A stretch of DNA of 64,000 bases, from NCBI GenBank assembly GCA_030141605.1, contig JAQGDQ010000351.1, forward strand, positions 124,001 through 188,000, written 5' to 3'. A model generated the notes under the pieces. It had not been told where the DNA came from and made no database searches. It saw only the letters and a list, made by a program, of their open reading frames with translations. Made by a program: the position numbers and the translations under genes. The stretch's first letter is position 1; the number at the start of each line of letters is the position of its first letter. Source of the stretch: Tubiluchus corallicola. Lineage: Eukaryota > Animalia > Priapulida. Positions 14,038-29,618 of this stretch are shown here, in pieces.

Positions 14038-15639
14038 GTGTAATAATAACTGATTAGTCTGCAATCACTCTATGTTTTTTACCGTAGCCCAAATTAGCCA
14101 TAATAGCATTAAATAATGTGTGTTATTGCTAACAGTTAAGAATGTTGAACTAAACTATGCTTCACAAAATGTGGATATTTTAAAAGTAAAGTTTTATACC
14201 CACAATATTACAAAGCCCATGCCTAAATTATTGTTGTTATAATGCACAAAATGTATTCAAATCACGATGTAATATTGTTACCGTCCTAACAAATGTAACC
14301 AGGATAAATGATTCAGATTGTCACAGTCAGGTCATGGGAGTCAAACCTTCAAACATTAACCAAACATTAACGCAGTTATGCACTCACAAATTCCACACTT
14401 GAATGCCCTTCATCCGCTGGTAGTAAATTTGCAATTTTACACTCTCCCCTTCAGGAATTAAAGAGACTCGCAAAGTTGGCCACAAGGAAACAGGTTTGAA
14501 CGCTATTGCTTATTTACCCAAAGATTTACTCGTCTATACTTACAAGTTCACTGTGTGGCACCATAAGCATGCAATCGATAAATTCGGCGCGTGATTTCGC
14601 TATTTGTTCTGCAAATCATTAGCAGATTAATCGTATTAGAGTTAATGGCAGTAAAAGCAAATTGGAGAAACAATGTTTATAAAACAGTTAAGCGAGAATC
14701 CATCGGTGAGCAATAAAACAAGGCGGTTATTGCACTAGTTTTACAAACAACCTACAATAAAAATTTGATAAAAATATAAAAATCTACGTTCTTAATGATG
14801 ACATAATGAATGGTGGCAAAAGTAGACTCATAAAATTGTGCAAATTATAAACCTATGCTAGGTTAACTAATCTTACAATAATTAGGCCGCTTAAAGACAA
14901 AGGCCACACGCCTACAATCTCGACAGTGACACTAACTTGTACGGCCTCAATTTTTATAATTTATCGGTTGCTCGCGCCTTGCAAAAACAACAGATCATCA
15001 CATATTTTGGGGTTTATGTGTTGCAGATATTTAGCTGTAATTCTCACTACACTCTTTAAACAGTTCCCTCGCCAATTCCTTTACAGTCAGTAACCCGACT
15101 AATCTTCGGCCAAAAACCTGCTTTTTCTTCAGAGGAAACAAACAAAAGCAGTTTAACTGCAACGCGGCGTGGTTACAAGCTAGATGCTTTTTCCGAAACG
15201 ACTTCCAGACCGGGAAGCCGGGGAAGGGCATTTGAATCACCGTCGCACAAATACTCAGCTCATAAAGTGCTCAGATGATACGAGGCGATTGCCCAGCCCC
15301 AGACAAGGGTAGGAGATGACTATTAAATCGCAGACGAGTCTGGAGCCTCGCATCATCCAATGCTATGAAGTCAGAGTATTTGTGTCCTGGCGATACAAAC
15401 GCACTTACCGGCTCAAAAGGTTTTTGATAGGTCGTAGGGCCCAATTAATGCCCATCGAGATAATTAAAGGAAAAAGTTTTCGAGATGGCTCAATGAGTGT
15501 TTTTCGTTAGATGGTGCAATAAAGAAACTTTGCCGAGTGTCAAAATCATCTGTATTCTATGCGAAGGCGATATTGTTTTGTTTTGTAATTAAATTTTGCA
15601 CCAATATACATGTTTGGTAAATAGTTAAAATACATCTCA

Positions 15640-16110
15640 CGCATGTCGTGTAATGAGAACTGGCATTTATATGGTTGCATGTTACTTCAAAATGTTAAAG
15701 TAGAATATTTTCCAAAATTAAACACACTTCAAAACTATACATTAAGATTGATTTCTGGCTGCTCCTATAAAATGTCCACAAAAAAAGAACCATTCAGCAA
15801 CAATTTTAAGATAGATATCTTAAAATTGTTGCTGAATGGTTCTTTTTTTATAATAATATATATCAATGTTCTCAAAATCCCCTTTGAAAATAACAAACTT
15901 CTTTTTTTCAGAAAGGAGTACTAACTCTACTGATCAGAATAGGAGTACTAACAATTAAAACAAATTCAAACAAACTATCTATAAATATGGTAGTAATTCA
16001 ATAGGCAAACAAGTAATTTATCCATAGAACTCCCTCCCATCTATTATTAAACAATCAAAATCACTAGCTATTTTCAAAAAAAATGAAACAATGCCAATTA
16101 AGCAGATTTC
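15640..16110 (+). mobile_element. Decayed 3' end of CR1/L2-type LINE ORF2
   Basis: Translates to ...KLNTLQNYTLRLISGCSYKMST... and ...KYGSNSIG...*NSLPSIIKQSKSLAIFKK, resembling the LQN.A.R.I and WNSLP..IK...SL..FK motifs. Stops and frameshifts are present. Confidence 0.6.
15780..15849. repeat. Perfect palindrome, 34-bp arms with 2-nt spacer
   Basis: aaaaaaagaaccattcagcaacaattttaagata-ga-tatcttaaaattgttgctgaatggttcttttttt. Confidence 0.95.
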
Positions 16111-18388
16111 AAAACCCAACTCATGAAAATGATGTTAACCGCAACAATTCAAGTTTTGTGTATCCACGCCCCCCGATAACTGAAAGAGAAGTGTCTTTAA
16201 TTATCAACTCCGCAACCGATAATATGGAAATTAAAACGGTAATTTGTGTAAGTAGTTTTTGTTAAGTATTATATACACGTAGTGTGTATGATGTGAAAAA
16301 CTGATGTAATTTTTATCTGACGTAAATTATGCGTTTTACTTATTGTATTGTGCCTATGCATTGTGCCTGTGCCTATGCATCTATTGAAGCTATGTATGTG
16401 AATGGGTGTATTTAATTATTGCTTTTAGTTTTAGTTTGATGCAGTAATAGTTTTTAGCTTTCCACCGGACGCATTTGCCTTTAGCAATGTTTTAATATTC
16501 AAAATAGTTTTAACACGGAGGATTGTTATTTTGTTGTTATCTATTTTATGGCAAATAAAGTATGCTGTAAAATATATATACATGTATATATGTTGATTTG
16601 CAACATTATATGCATAACAATGTCTGTGTTACCCAATAAATTATCAAATTACATTACAAAAGTCTCCATTACAGCCGGGAAAACTTACACCAGTACAAGT
16701 TTGTGAAATTTTGCCTCTTCTTTATCAAAACTACAAAAAGATTTCAAGGCCGAAAATAAGCATGAATGCAATTGAATCCATGTTCCTCGGCATTGAATTG
16801 CTAAACCTTTACGGAATTTTATTACAAACTACATCAATGTGATTCACCGCCGCCCGAATTTAATAGCTGAAATCTTTGACGGCGAAATTCTTATCCAAAT
16901 TTTCTAATTGCCAGTCAAAAGATCTACAAGATAGTCTAAAACGTGCCGCCATGTTAACATCCATAATAACCTACTAAATGTTGTTTCTCCGCGATTCCTT
17001 TGTGTGGTGTAACTACAGTACGATAATCGTACATACACGTCACACCCCATACCTGAGCAGGTACGTTTACACCTTGACCCATTATCTCGTAACCCTTTAT
17101 GCTCAGTTTAGCACGTTCAAACTTCAGAGTTTCACATACCAGGAAGAATAACGCACCTTAGCTACTTTCAGTTTGCATAAGGCTTTCAATGACCGTGGTA
17201 ATATAGTATTGTTTTCCTGTCTATAGAGTGTTAATGAATTTAGTTAATTAAGAAAGCTCATTAAAACTATTAAAAAAAGAATAATATATAATCGCAAAAG
17301 TTAAAGCTCCATCTACAGAAACGCAAGAACTGCCATTTTAAATGTTCTTCTGCTATTTTAATTAATAAACGTATTATAACATAAAAAAATGAGAAAATCC
17401 AATAATAATAATTGTATTGAACTGCGTCAACAATTATCAAAATGTTTTCTCAAAATGACCAGCTTGTTAAATTTTTGTGTAGGCCTACCACAACAATATA
17501 AGACGTTTGTTAGTCCAATTTTTTGCCATTGTGCTCAACACTAAATCTGAACTAATTCAATTACCATAAACAATTTCACAATAGACCGTAGGCCTCACAT
17601 TTCATTTTGTTAATGAGCATACATAATGTATATATTTATACAATTTGTATATGGATTTGTAAAGTAAATATCTTTTTTATTAAAATGACTGCAATTAGTA
17701 GATTTATACTGGCAATTGCTTATGCGGTACAATAAATACAATTAGTACCTACTATGAAAGTCCATCGAGCAAAATAACACAAAATCTTTTCTCAGCTTAT
17801 AATGAGTTAAATTGCAAGCCTGGCAGTCTGTGAAGAAAATGCTCCACTGTCTATTGACCCAGATCAGACTTTTGATATAGATCTAACTGATGTGCAAGCG
17901 ATTAAACTAGCAAGCTAATTATACACCAGCAAAACCTTCAGCGAGAATTAATTTAGAGCTGATTAAGTGACAAGTATAGTCGAAAAAAGAATGACTTAGT
18001 CACACAAACGTTACATCATTTCTAATAAAAAGTAAACACTACTTTGTAATTTCTTGCCTTTGTAGACCTCCAAGTTCTGAAAAAAATCCGTGTAATTATT
18101 ATTTTATCAAACATTGGGATTAAGTCGACATACAAAGGGAATGATAAGTTTCGAAATTCTGACGAACTTGACTATTAATGCTAAAGAACATCATTACATT
18201 GTACAGTCGTGCAGGGGAAAATTAAAAAATGTAAAGAAAATGGAATGCCCCATGAGCCCCAAGTGACCAATAGTGAGTCCTAAGTGACCAATAGCACAAT
18301 CTACTACCAGCCATTAGAACGCTTACAGCAAATCAAAGACGGTTTTTGTTTTTCTCATTTGTTTATAAGATAATGATATGCTTGTATT

Positions 18389-18823
<435 letters not shown>

Positions 18824-21800
18824 GTATGTGTTGAGTCCATAAAAGTGTACTGTAAAAGTAAGACAAACATTCAATTAACATATTTTGTATTAATGACTGT
18901 GAATTACCAATAAAAGTTAAAAAATCATTTAAAGAGCACGACACTGCAAAACATATTAACTTCTTATAAATAAACTTAGCTAAGTATGACCAACACAATA
19001 TCACTACAGGTCTTATACCAGAAAAACCAATACACGTAAATACTTTGTACAATAAACATCGAACAAGTATGAATTTGTATACATAAACCAGGCTGGGACA
19101 TTTATTTAACAAAACGCAAGTAGATATTTGCATAGCGAATAACAAACACCAGTAAGGCAACAAAGTGCGAACTGCAGAACTTTGCATACAAACTTCAAAG
19201 ACCTCTGTAGAAAGTTACATACGACTAACAATGCATCGCCTTGCCACTACAGTGTTTTATTTCCGGTTGATAAAAAATTTTCGAACTAGGCCTTGTTGTT
19301 TTTTTACTCTTTATATAGCACTTTAGTGTTGTATAAAGTAAAGTATAAAAATTGAGTTAGAGTCGTTAAAAGTAGGATAGTCTCAGAATAAAGGACCCCA
19401 CTTAAGAAAGCCATTGATTGGTTAAGACTGATTTTTTAAGGTGTTTGCAGACTATCTATAAAGCTAGTCGGCTGCCTGCCTAGCTGACTAACAGAAGCTG
19501 ATGGACCAGAGGCCTGTCAGGCTGGCTGAGAGGAAAAACTAGTTGCTTGGCTAGTTTAAATAACTGACTGAATTAGCTGACTAAGTACTGACTTATTCAT
19601 CAATTATTTAGTTAACTGGCTGACTAATTGAATTTGCTTAAATCCGAGTTTAACTGCCGAATAATCGATTGTTAACGAAATCCAGTCCATTGCAAAAATA
19701 CAAAACAAAAATACTTTTGATTACTCATTTCTTATTATAAAAAGTTGTGAGTGCTCAATATCATTAAGTTTAAACATATCGGGCAATGCCAAAATCAGAC
19801 ACCCATTCAAAATGTAATTTGGATATAATTAATTAATCAGTCCCTTTATAAGGCTGTCTTTGTTTACCTACCGGCTAGTTTTTGTTTCGATGTTGGGTTA
19901 CAAGTTTATTAATCTTCATAAAACAAGCATCGGCGCAGACAATAAACGTGCGTTTATTGACTACATGTGCCTGGTAGAGACGATCAAAGTCGATCATGCA
20001 TATTAGCAGAAGGCATTTGCGTTAACAGCTGCAATGTTTAGTTCTCCAGTCGAGTCATGTATTTTGGGAGCTGAACTATAAATAAATATGCAGCTCAAGT
20101 GTGCCAGCAAATTCTTGTCTCAGCTTTAGTGGAAAATAACCGGATGTTTCCATGTAAGACGACCACAAAGAGTCGTAGGGTGGGGCGGTAGGGGGCGCTT
20201 CTTGGCGGCAAATTGGCACTATAGCAGTCAAGGTGAATGAAACGATCGTTTATCGAAAAACCCGCTAAGACGACCCCAATAAACGCGAATTTATTACAAT
20301 AGTTAGCAATTTTAGTATGTAAACCAGAATTTCTTGTTACTAACATCTTTTGGCGTTCTAAAGGCAGTTAATTAACTTCTTGCAGCTATTAACAAATGAG
20401 TGATTTTAACTGGTCAATGCCTGATGTAATCAAAGTTTAGTTTGTGACAGGAGCTTTGCTGAAAATTGTGACAAATACTGTAGTAGAAATACTATTGGCA
20501 GCATGCTTGTTTACTCAGCAGCGCAAGTTGCAGTCAAACCTCCTAGCCAACTCGCTTAGAGCTTCCCCCTGGCAGGGCAAACTGGCAATAGCAAAACTAA
20601 CACGGACAAGAACTACAACATCTTAGCTCAGCTCCACAAGAGTGGCTTCATCAAAACTGTGGCCAAATCGCCGAGTTCAGAGAAGCCTTATCAACAGACA
20701 GCCTTAGCATTTATTGCAGTCCCATCAACAGCTGCACGATACAGCTCTTTAGAAGGCTGAACTACGCGGCCGGAGACGGAAACATAGCTCTACACCCCCT
20801 TCCAAAAGTGGACCTCACTACAGTTTGTTTGGTGGAATAAAACACGAAAGGTGAACTACAACACTGACTGGTTTATTAACGAGCCCACCAACTATCTGAA
20901 TAAGAAAGTGAGTGCTCGAATGAACCCAACTCGACCAATCAACAGACTGATGTGCTGGTCACGTAAATCACATATTAGAACAGATTTTAGCGCTATGTAG
21001 CACAGCATATTATTAATGATAAATGCTTATGGTAGGAACTCATCATCAAGGGATAAGGTGAGACATTGGGCCAACTGAGGTGTCTTAGTAATCACTACTC
21101 AGCAGCAGTCTTCCTGTGGTCATACGTCTTTTTACTAACGCTTTATTCAAGTTCACAGTGCTTACTCAGCTGTTCCCTTCACCCCCCGCCTAAGAGGTAC
21201 CATCCTTTACGCCACAAAATCTTTGAAGTAGTATAATGTCTACAACATATAAGAATAAATTTGAACAAAACACGTAACAGTGGCACGGGCTCTGTAAGTG
21301 GCTCATCCACAGCCTCTAGGTACGCCAATACCAAATGGTCGCAGCTGTTGCATATGTAGGACACGAGTAACTTATTATGCCAACGAAACGATCATTGACC
21401 AAACTATTATAGTGGTCAATTATCTTCTTCCTTCAAAAGCGATAGGATCCCCGATTCTGCATTCCCGTGTAGCAAAACGCCGTTATAAAGTAGAACCTTG
21501 AAGAAAGACACACAAACAAGCTAACACCCTCTTAGGTGAAGCCAGTTTCTAGAGCACACCCTGGCCAGGCTTCACGCTAAGGAGGCTACCAGCCCGTGCA
21601 CTTTGCCGAATGCTTTAAATTACATCCAATAGAAAATGGTATATTTGAACAGATTTGCCGATTATCATATACATTAGCTGGAGGCTTCTCTATAAAGCTT
21701 ATTCTGGGAGCTGAAAACAAGTATATTAACCAAAGATGCTGCAATTCACCTTTTATATTGCACTTGTGTGCAGTGTGTGTGTGCGTGCGTGCAGTGTCAC

Positions 21801-24744
21801 TTCTTATGAAAGCAACCCCAGTGTTTGAGTTTCTTACCGATGCCCCCAGAATCCAATGACTTCAAGCCTCCTTCTCGCGAGAGGTGCTGCCGCCCTGTTG
21901 CTTCACTAACTTCATCTCCTAAACCTGTTATACAAATAGAAACCGCGATGTTGCTAAAAAGAGAAAAACGCGAGCTGCTAATACACGCAAATACATGTAA
22001 ATGCCACAGCTTGACTATTTTACGCATTCGAAGGAGGGGTGTCGTACATGAGAAGAAATACACTAAAAATAACTTCTGTTCTAGAAATAAGTATAGAAAA
22101 CATTGACGTTTTTAACGGCTATGTCTGTTAGTCTGTCAAACATATCAAACGTTACATGCTCTTTAGTCACTTTAATGTTTACTTAATGAAAAAATAAAAC
22201 TGCGATTAACCTTAGCTTTTAGTCAATATGTACGAGCTTTAGTCAATATAGCGCTACTTTTAGTTTACAAATTAAATAGGTGCAAACAGTGCACCCTGGG
22301 GTACACCATTGGTCAAGCATAATTGTTAATGAAAAGCGTCACTCTACTGTATACAACAGGTGTAGTGTTGTCATCAATAAAAGAACTGTCAACTGTAAGC
22401 CTTAGAACTTCAAGCAAAAGACGCTTTGGTTTGACATTTGATTTACAAATTTGCTATCTATCTATAACAAATTTGTACAGCATTCCATATATATATATAT
22501 GGAATGCTTTACAAACTCAGCGGTTTTTTAAGCAATTGTGACAACATGGCAACTGGAAATCGAAAGATTTGTAGTGTATAATTAGATGTGTAACAGTTGC
22601 AAGTAAATAACTGTATATTTTACAAGAATGAATATTAAATACCAATCAACAAAAACAACTGTTTTTATTGAGTGGTTTAACTCAAAGAAATACGTTTATT
22701 GTTCACACTTGGCAAACGCAAGGCAACTTGTGTTAACCAGACATCACAAACGCGTCAAGAACCTTTTCCCAGACACTTATTCTTGTACTGCTGTTGTTAG
22801 CTTAACTGATCTGTTTTGAAATATACCCTCAAGAAGGAACGCAGTTGTCACTGTATAAGCTTTCAGTGATTCTTTGCTTATCAGTCACTCGTGTCGCGTG
22901 GCTTCCCGACGCGGCTTTATGGCTTCACGACTAAAACAAAGCAGCGAATTGGCGAAATGTTCCTCTCGGGCTTTCCGTTTGAATTGATTTCATGTTACGC
23001 TTTCCACTAGTCGGCGAAACGGTCGCCAAAGATGAGTTTAAATGGAGCTCTATACAGTGCTAAGCAAACATTGGAAAAAATGGTACAGAGACAAGCGTGA
23101 TTTCTCTTTGCAAGTAATTAGGTTTATACTGGTTGAAACAGGCCATTTTTTAAATTTATCTCATTCAATGTTATAATAAAATCATCTTGGTTACGACGAA
23201 AATTACATTACATTATTATAAAAACATAAGATTACTAAAAAAGAAAACAAGTTCAACTGGCTTTATACACAGTTATTTTCGTATTAAGTTGTTTAGGCAA
23301 TCATTGCACATGAAACATGCGATAGTTCATAAAGTCATCTACAACTCACTAAACGACATTTTCTGTCAAAATTTCTATTTTCAGACCTGTCCTATAAAAA
23401 TATTCACAAACCTTTTCGCGTCTTTTTTTAGATTTCACAACGGTTTTTCGTATTGTACGTTACATATATATTGCTATATAACGATATAGCATGTATACAA
23501 GCAAAATGAATGTACACGTCAGTTCCGGGGAGCAAAATCGTATACGCTTTAAACGATTCACTGCATTGAAAGAGGAACCGTATTCAGAACACGAGACGTT
23601 GATAAACAAATAAATTTAACGAGAAATCCTGGTTTAGAACGTCGTGTAAACAATACAGAGATGCAAACTGCGCTAGGAAAATTACGGAGAACTGGAGCAC
23701 GTGAACATGTGTAATACATTTCTAGTTGCTGCTCCGACGCTAGGGCAAGTGACCAAACATCTTGGCATGCAAAGTTGCAAGGAAACTTTAACGTTTTACT
23801 ATAACATAGTTTATGTAGTACCAAAAGGAAGTTTTCTGATTCACTTGCATTGAGCTTAAGATACGTCTAACATTAATCAAAGATAGGTCTAAGATAGGAC
23901 ACGAGAAACACTTTTGACGGACCATAAGAACGTACCGGGCATTAATCTTCAAATTTAGCGTATCATCACCAGTCCATCGAGCATGTCAAAAATTCCTTAT
24001 ACGGTCAAACGTTCGACGTATTTTCTGATACGCAAACAGACCGAACTGGGTTGTCCCCTCTCCTAAACGTATCATTCTAAGTTTCTAAGTCACGTGACCA
24101 AGCCGACGTACGCCTGTGTTTTGAAACTAAAGAGGACGCTGAGCAAAATGGTAATAGCGCAATGCGAAATAAACAGCAATTTGAAACAAGGACATGCAGA
24201 GGCGCAGCGTAAACAAGAAGCAGCGGCCAAAGGCAAGCACAAATACGACCAGCACATGGGTAACCAGGAAGCTGGTTGCGCAATGGAGACTTAGGAGAAC
24301 AATCTGCTCATAAGAAATCTGCGTGGAAATTAGGTATGTTGAAAGCTCATCATAAAAACACCTGTAAATCCTAATTCAAAAAAAATTTAAACCGGAAATT
24401 AACCTGACTGTAAGTATGAAATAGCACCAACTCTATTTATGTATTTTTCCCAAGAACTGCATCTATGTAGCACCCTTTCTTCCACCCTAATTTTACTTTT
24501 GTTTTACCCAAACCTTTTTACAGTTCAATAACAGGAACAACAATAAAAAAACTTCCCTGTAGAATGGTATATCCCAACAAAGGACACATTCCCACTAGTA
24601 TATACTTTCATATTACACATGTTCCCTGTTCCTCCTGTTCCTTTTTGCGAGCCACTTTTAAACACTTTCTCTTTTCATTTCTTGTTTTGCCTTTGAATAA
24701 TTTTTATAGCAGCAAAATAGCAAAAAAAAGGAATGGCAAAAACA

Positions 24745-24848
24745 TTAAAGGAAAACAGGATGATTTTTCATATCCTACCCCATTTTTAAGTACATTTTAA
24801 CACCTATAATAATGCCAAAGCGTTCCTGGTAATTAAATGAAGGGTTGA
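24745..24848 (-). mobile_element. Second copy of the piggyBac-like element end
   Basis: Reverse complement aligns with 2821-2940 (ctttg.cattattataggtgttaaaatgta...taggatat.aaaaatca.cctgttttcctttaa). Confidence 0.5.
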
Positions 24849-27800
24849 GAACTTCATGAACGACGGCCAATGATGACCACAACTGAATATAAATTTCACT
24901 CAATGAGCGTGTTTGCACGTATCTGCGAAAGCTAAAATTGAAGTGCAGTGCTACTGTACAATCTTCTGTGTGATATACATGGCAAATTCTAAGTTTAAAA
25001 TTAAAATTTGAAATCGTACTCAAGCATGAGCTCTAGAACGTGTGCACTACGTCACAACTCTGAAATGAGGTGCCGTGCCTGCTTCTTGTACAACGCGTTT
25101 CCGAGATGCAGACGCTAGTGCCCATCTAACCAGTGAATAGCGAATAGTTACGGTGTAACAGCGAAGAACTCGTTCTTTCACGTAAGTAGTATGTTCCCCT
25201 CCAATATTTTATAGGGTAGGTTGTTTAAAGCTATAATTTAAGATAGAGTCCGGTTTTCCTTTAAATATGACCTTGACATCTTGAGTTAATGATCTGTCCC
25301 GTATTCTTTTTCTGAATTCTTAATTATGCTAAATTTTCAATTTTTGTAAGTGAATTAAAGTTCTGAAGTTAATTCATCTTCGGGTGACGAGTACGACAAC
25401 TGCAACAATAACAACAAGAAAATAAATTAAAAACAAAAAACTAAATTTCTAGCAAGATGTTATGCAGTGAATCTGCCTTAATCCTTACTTACACGTTCAC
25501 ATCAGTGATAGTTTCTCTCAATGGGCCACGCCGCCAAGTGCATCCGTATTGCTTACTAAACTCGTCAGTGCTTTAGACCTTGTTTACTAGTAACTAAACC
25601 TATCAGCAGTTTGCGTGTCAAGTTGTCTTCTCTATTTCTCGTTGTACTACAACAAGCCGGCTTGAGATACTGTATCTAAACATCTGTAAGCGGTGGGCCA
25701 CGCTAGGTATGTGCGGAGGAGATGATTAAGAAAGAGCGTAAACGTTTCTACAACAATTCCTGCAACAGTTTCTTTACATCAGTTAATTACACAACTAATC
25801 ATTCTTTGCGCAAATGAAATAATATAGCATCAACCATAATGAACTGGTGCAATTTTCATAATTCAAACATTAGAATTTGAGCTTCGTGTTTTCTTGCAGA
25901 TCCGAGAATGGCTGTAAATGGTGCTGAAGTCAAAAATCCAAGAGACAGCACCCGGCTCATTTAGCTGTACAAGTAGTGGCACAATTTACAACAAAGTAAT
26001 ACTATGACAAACGACCATTTATTGACCTTGTACATGAACAACGGTAAACGTTTTGTGTTATCTTTCTAACTTGTTTGTCCAAATTCAATATGGATTCTAA
26101 TTTCGATAAGCCAGAATTAATAATTTAATAATTAACATTAGAAAAACAATTCATCTAACGGCAAATAAGTTAAAGAAAAAACTTGCTAAAAACTATGGGC
26201 TAACGGGGCCTGAATCTGAGACCTACTGGTTAAAACTGGCTTGCCGTAAGCATCTGAATTTCGCACCTACACGACCAAGGAAGTTCGCATACTTATTAGT
26301 CTTATCAGCGGTGCTTGTGCCAAATCTCTTTTGTTATAGTAAATGTGTAAAAATACTAAAAAAATTATATAGGAACCGCATAAAACTTTTCTTGGTTGAG
26401 TTTACAAACGGTAGTTCACTGCGCATGCGCGATAGTGCTTGTTTTTTGCTCACCAATATTTTTCTCGTTTCTGTAGATGTCAGATTGTTATATCATCAAG
26501 ACACCTTATCATCAATTTATAAGAAGCTGCCCCAGGAGGACTAACCCACTCAAAATGCAGAAGGGCTGCTGCGTTCTAGTCTGCTTAGCAGATAATAAAA
26601 TTAGTCAGCCCCAATACGCGAACATTATGCACCTGACATTATAAAGTACAGAGCTCTGTAAATTGAATTATTATTATTCTTCCGCAGTGTCATTAAAACT
26701 AGGTGATCATAAAACGTGACGAGTTAATTACGCATGCGAGTAAAACTGTCACTAATGCGCATCAATTAATTTAAACTATTGCTTAGTAGAGTTCTGGGTT
26801 TAATCAATTCAATACACGTAGCCAATATACCACCAAATTATGATTGCCTAGGGAAGAATGTCCATTCTGGCCCTAAATGTAACAAGACAGGCAAATTAAT
26901 CTGAAGTACCTACAATTTACTCAATCAGTATACAGATAGAGCAAACTAATTACAAAATACTGATTTTCAACATAAAGCATATTGAAAAACATATATATGA
27001 TCAGCTACCCAACTTAAACTAACCAAATTGTGGATACATGCCATTCCCCTACATCAGAACAGGGCCTAAATTTTTAGTTAAACCCCATGTTCCAAACAAT
27101 CATCGCGCAATTTTCTGGGGCGGTAACATGAAAACTAAACAATCCACGCAAACAGTTTTCAGTGCAAACGGCTTCTCGCTAAAGTTGGGCTGATGAAAGA
27201 AATTCGCTACAAGCGATTGCTAAAAACATCAACAACAAAAAGAAGTCAAGCATCATAGCGGTGTACGCATGTCCGGAGACTGCGTGGGGGAAGGTTTTGA
27301 AAACAGTTGCTAAACACACTCGCGAAGAACACAACTGCAAAAGTGCACATTCAGCAGCGAGAAGTCCCAGGGGCGTGCGTGCTTGTGCTGCCACATCGTG
27401 AACAAAAATCATAAAGTTTCACAAAGAGTTCCGGCGTCAATTTTGAATAACTTGTAGGCATTGCTTTTAAAAGTATTGCATTTTAATGTTTTAGTACCAA
27501 GCAAATTTGAAATTTAGTAAACTATTTCAATTCTTCTCTATTCAATTTCACTTTTATAACTATAAATTCAACTCAATTCAAGTTATTTCACTGATTTTTA
27601 CAGCGCATTGCACACATTATAATACCATATTGGTACAGACATGTATTTGATTACGCCTACAGTAAGAAATTGACAAGATTAGTTTCGCTACATGCAAACA
27701 ACAACGTGAAACTAAGAAATACTAATATAAGTTTGATATTGTGTAAATAAAGGAGTATAAAAGATATTTGGCTGCTAAAAAGTGCCACTTCCAAAGTGTC

Positions 27801-28497
27801 TCTTTTGCTGCCCTGAGAACGGTCACATTTGCGTAGTTGGATATAATGGATTACGGTCATCACATAAAATGAGTATTCGTGGCAAATGAACAACATTGAA
27901 TTGAATTTTGGCCAACACCTTATGATCAGAAAAAACCACAATTGTGAAATATACATTTACCAAATGAAGAATTCTTCAAGTATCTAAATAACTGCTAATA
28001 CATTTTGCTCAAAACGCAGAAGAGACCCATCTGGACCCATGTCTACATTTTCTAAAACAGCAAATTGTTTACTTTGCATTGGAAGATCAGACAGAGGGAA
28101 CTAAAACTTAATCCAGCCATAAATCAAACAAGGTCAGATTTTTGGAAACTGCCGAGTAGATCCAGATGTGATAGTTTAAGCCGCGCAAGCGCACCGAATA
28201 GCAGCAACTTGGATTCTGAACGTCAAACTTTTAAGCAGTGTATCAAATAAAATGTATCATGGATAAAAATATAGTCGAGTAGTATCAGTTACTCCTATTC
28301 ATTTTATTGTAACTACTTGAAGATATGAGCAAAACTATCACTTTATGATCATCGGTGGCAATGTTATTATACTTCTCATATAAAATGTACAAACGAAAAA
28401 AAAAATATTTATTTTTTACAAGCACAATAAAAATAAAGTATAGCATGTGAAGTAAAAACGTTGAAAATCCAGTCTATAGCTTAGATATTTTTATCAA

Positions 28498-28720
28498 ATT
28501 GTTACGAACCTTTTAACAGCGAATTTTGGAAATAAATAACTCCTCTGTAGAAGCGATTATGTTTTCTATTATACATGTATTGTATATATGCACAATTTGT
28601 ATCACTTGTGTTGTAAATTAATTTTACGTTGAATCTTTGATGCAGTAAATTGTTACGAATCTGATGAACAGCGAATTTGGGTATAAATGTGCTCCTGTAG
28701 AAATGATTGCGTTTTCTGTT

Positions 28721-28779
<59 letters not shown>

Positions 28780-28856
28780 GTGTGTGTGTGTGTGCGTGTG
28801 TTTGTATATTGCATAATAGACGTAATTTGTATTACTTGTGTTGTAAATTAATTTTA
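28498..28856. repeat. Diverged ~130-bp tandem duplication, second copy containing (TG)n at 28725-28801
   Basis: Both copies run from attgttacgaa through aacagcgaattt and ctgtagaa to acttgtgttgtaaattaatttta. Confidence 0.85.
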
Positions 28857-29618
28857 CTTTGATATAGTCGTATATGTGCATTATTATTTTTCATGTACGT
28901 GTGTTTGTAATGTGGAACTTTGATTCTGCAATAAATGTCTCAATTTCATTCAGTAAACTTGGAAAAGGCTTGCTCCGACAAACTTGTCTTAATTCACTTT
29001 TAATATGCAGGTTTAATTTACAGTAACAATTTTTTGCTTGAAATTTGCGTACAAGGACCATCAAATTATCTTCTCAGTTCTGTTTAACCGCGCTTTAGTG
29101 CTTAAAAATCAATAAGTTCGGGCACACTTTCAAAAACGGTAAAAGCAAAACGAAATGTTGTCTTTTGTCGTTCATTTTTCAAACGTGACACGCGAATCCA
29201 GCCACCAGAGCCCCAACGAAGTAAAACACGTTGGCTTCTCCCAATACAGGTTATAGCATTTGCAGAAGAGAGTGCTCACTGAGGAAGACACACTCGCAGG
29301 GCAAGAATGCCAATTGCTATTTTCTGACTAATGTTTATGTACATAGTATGCACGGTCACACGTGTTCGCAGTCATGTTAGCAAGCAAAAGTCTGAAACAA
29401 GTTTCTCAATGTCAGCCTATAGGGGGCACATTAGCGCAAGGAGAAAACTGGGAGGTGCGAACATATTTTAAGTTATATTATTAAGATGTTACATTATGTT
29501 ACATTACGTTAAGTGACGTTGTTAACTTATGTTAACTTATGTTATGTTATGTTACGTTACGTTATGCTTTAGATATCAGTTTTTTAATAAGCATAATATC
29601 CCTAAGCTATCTTGCGAT

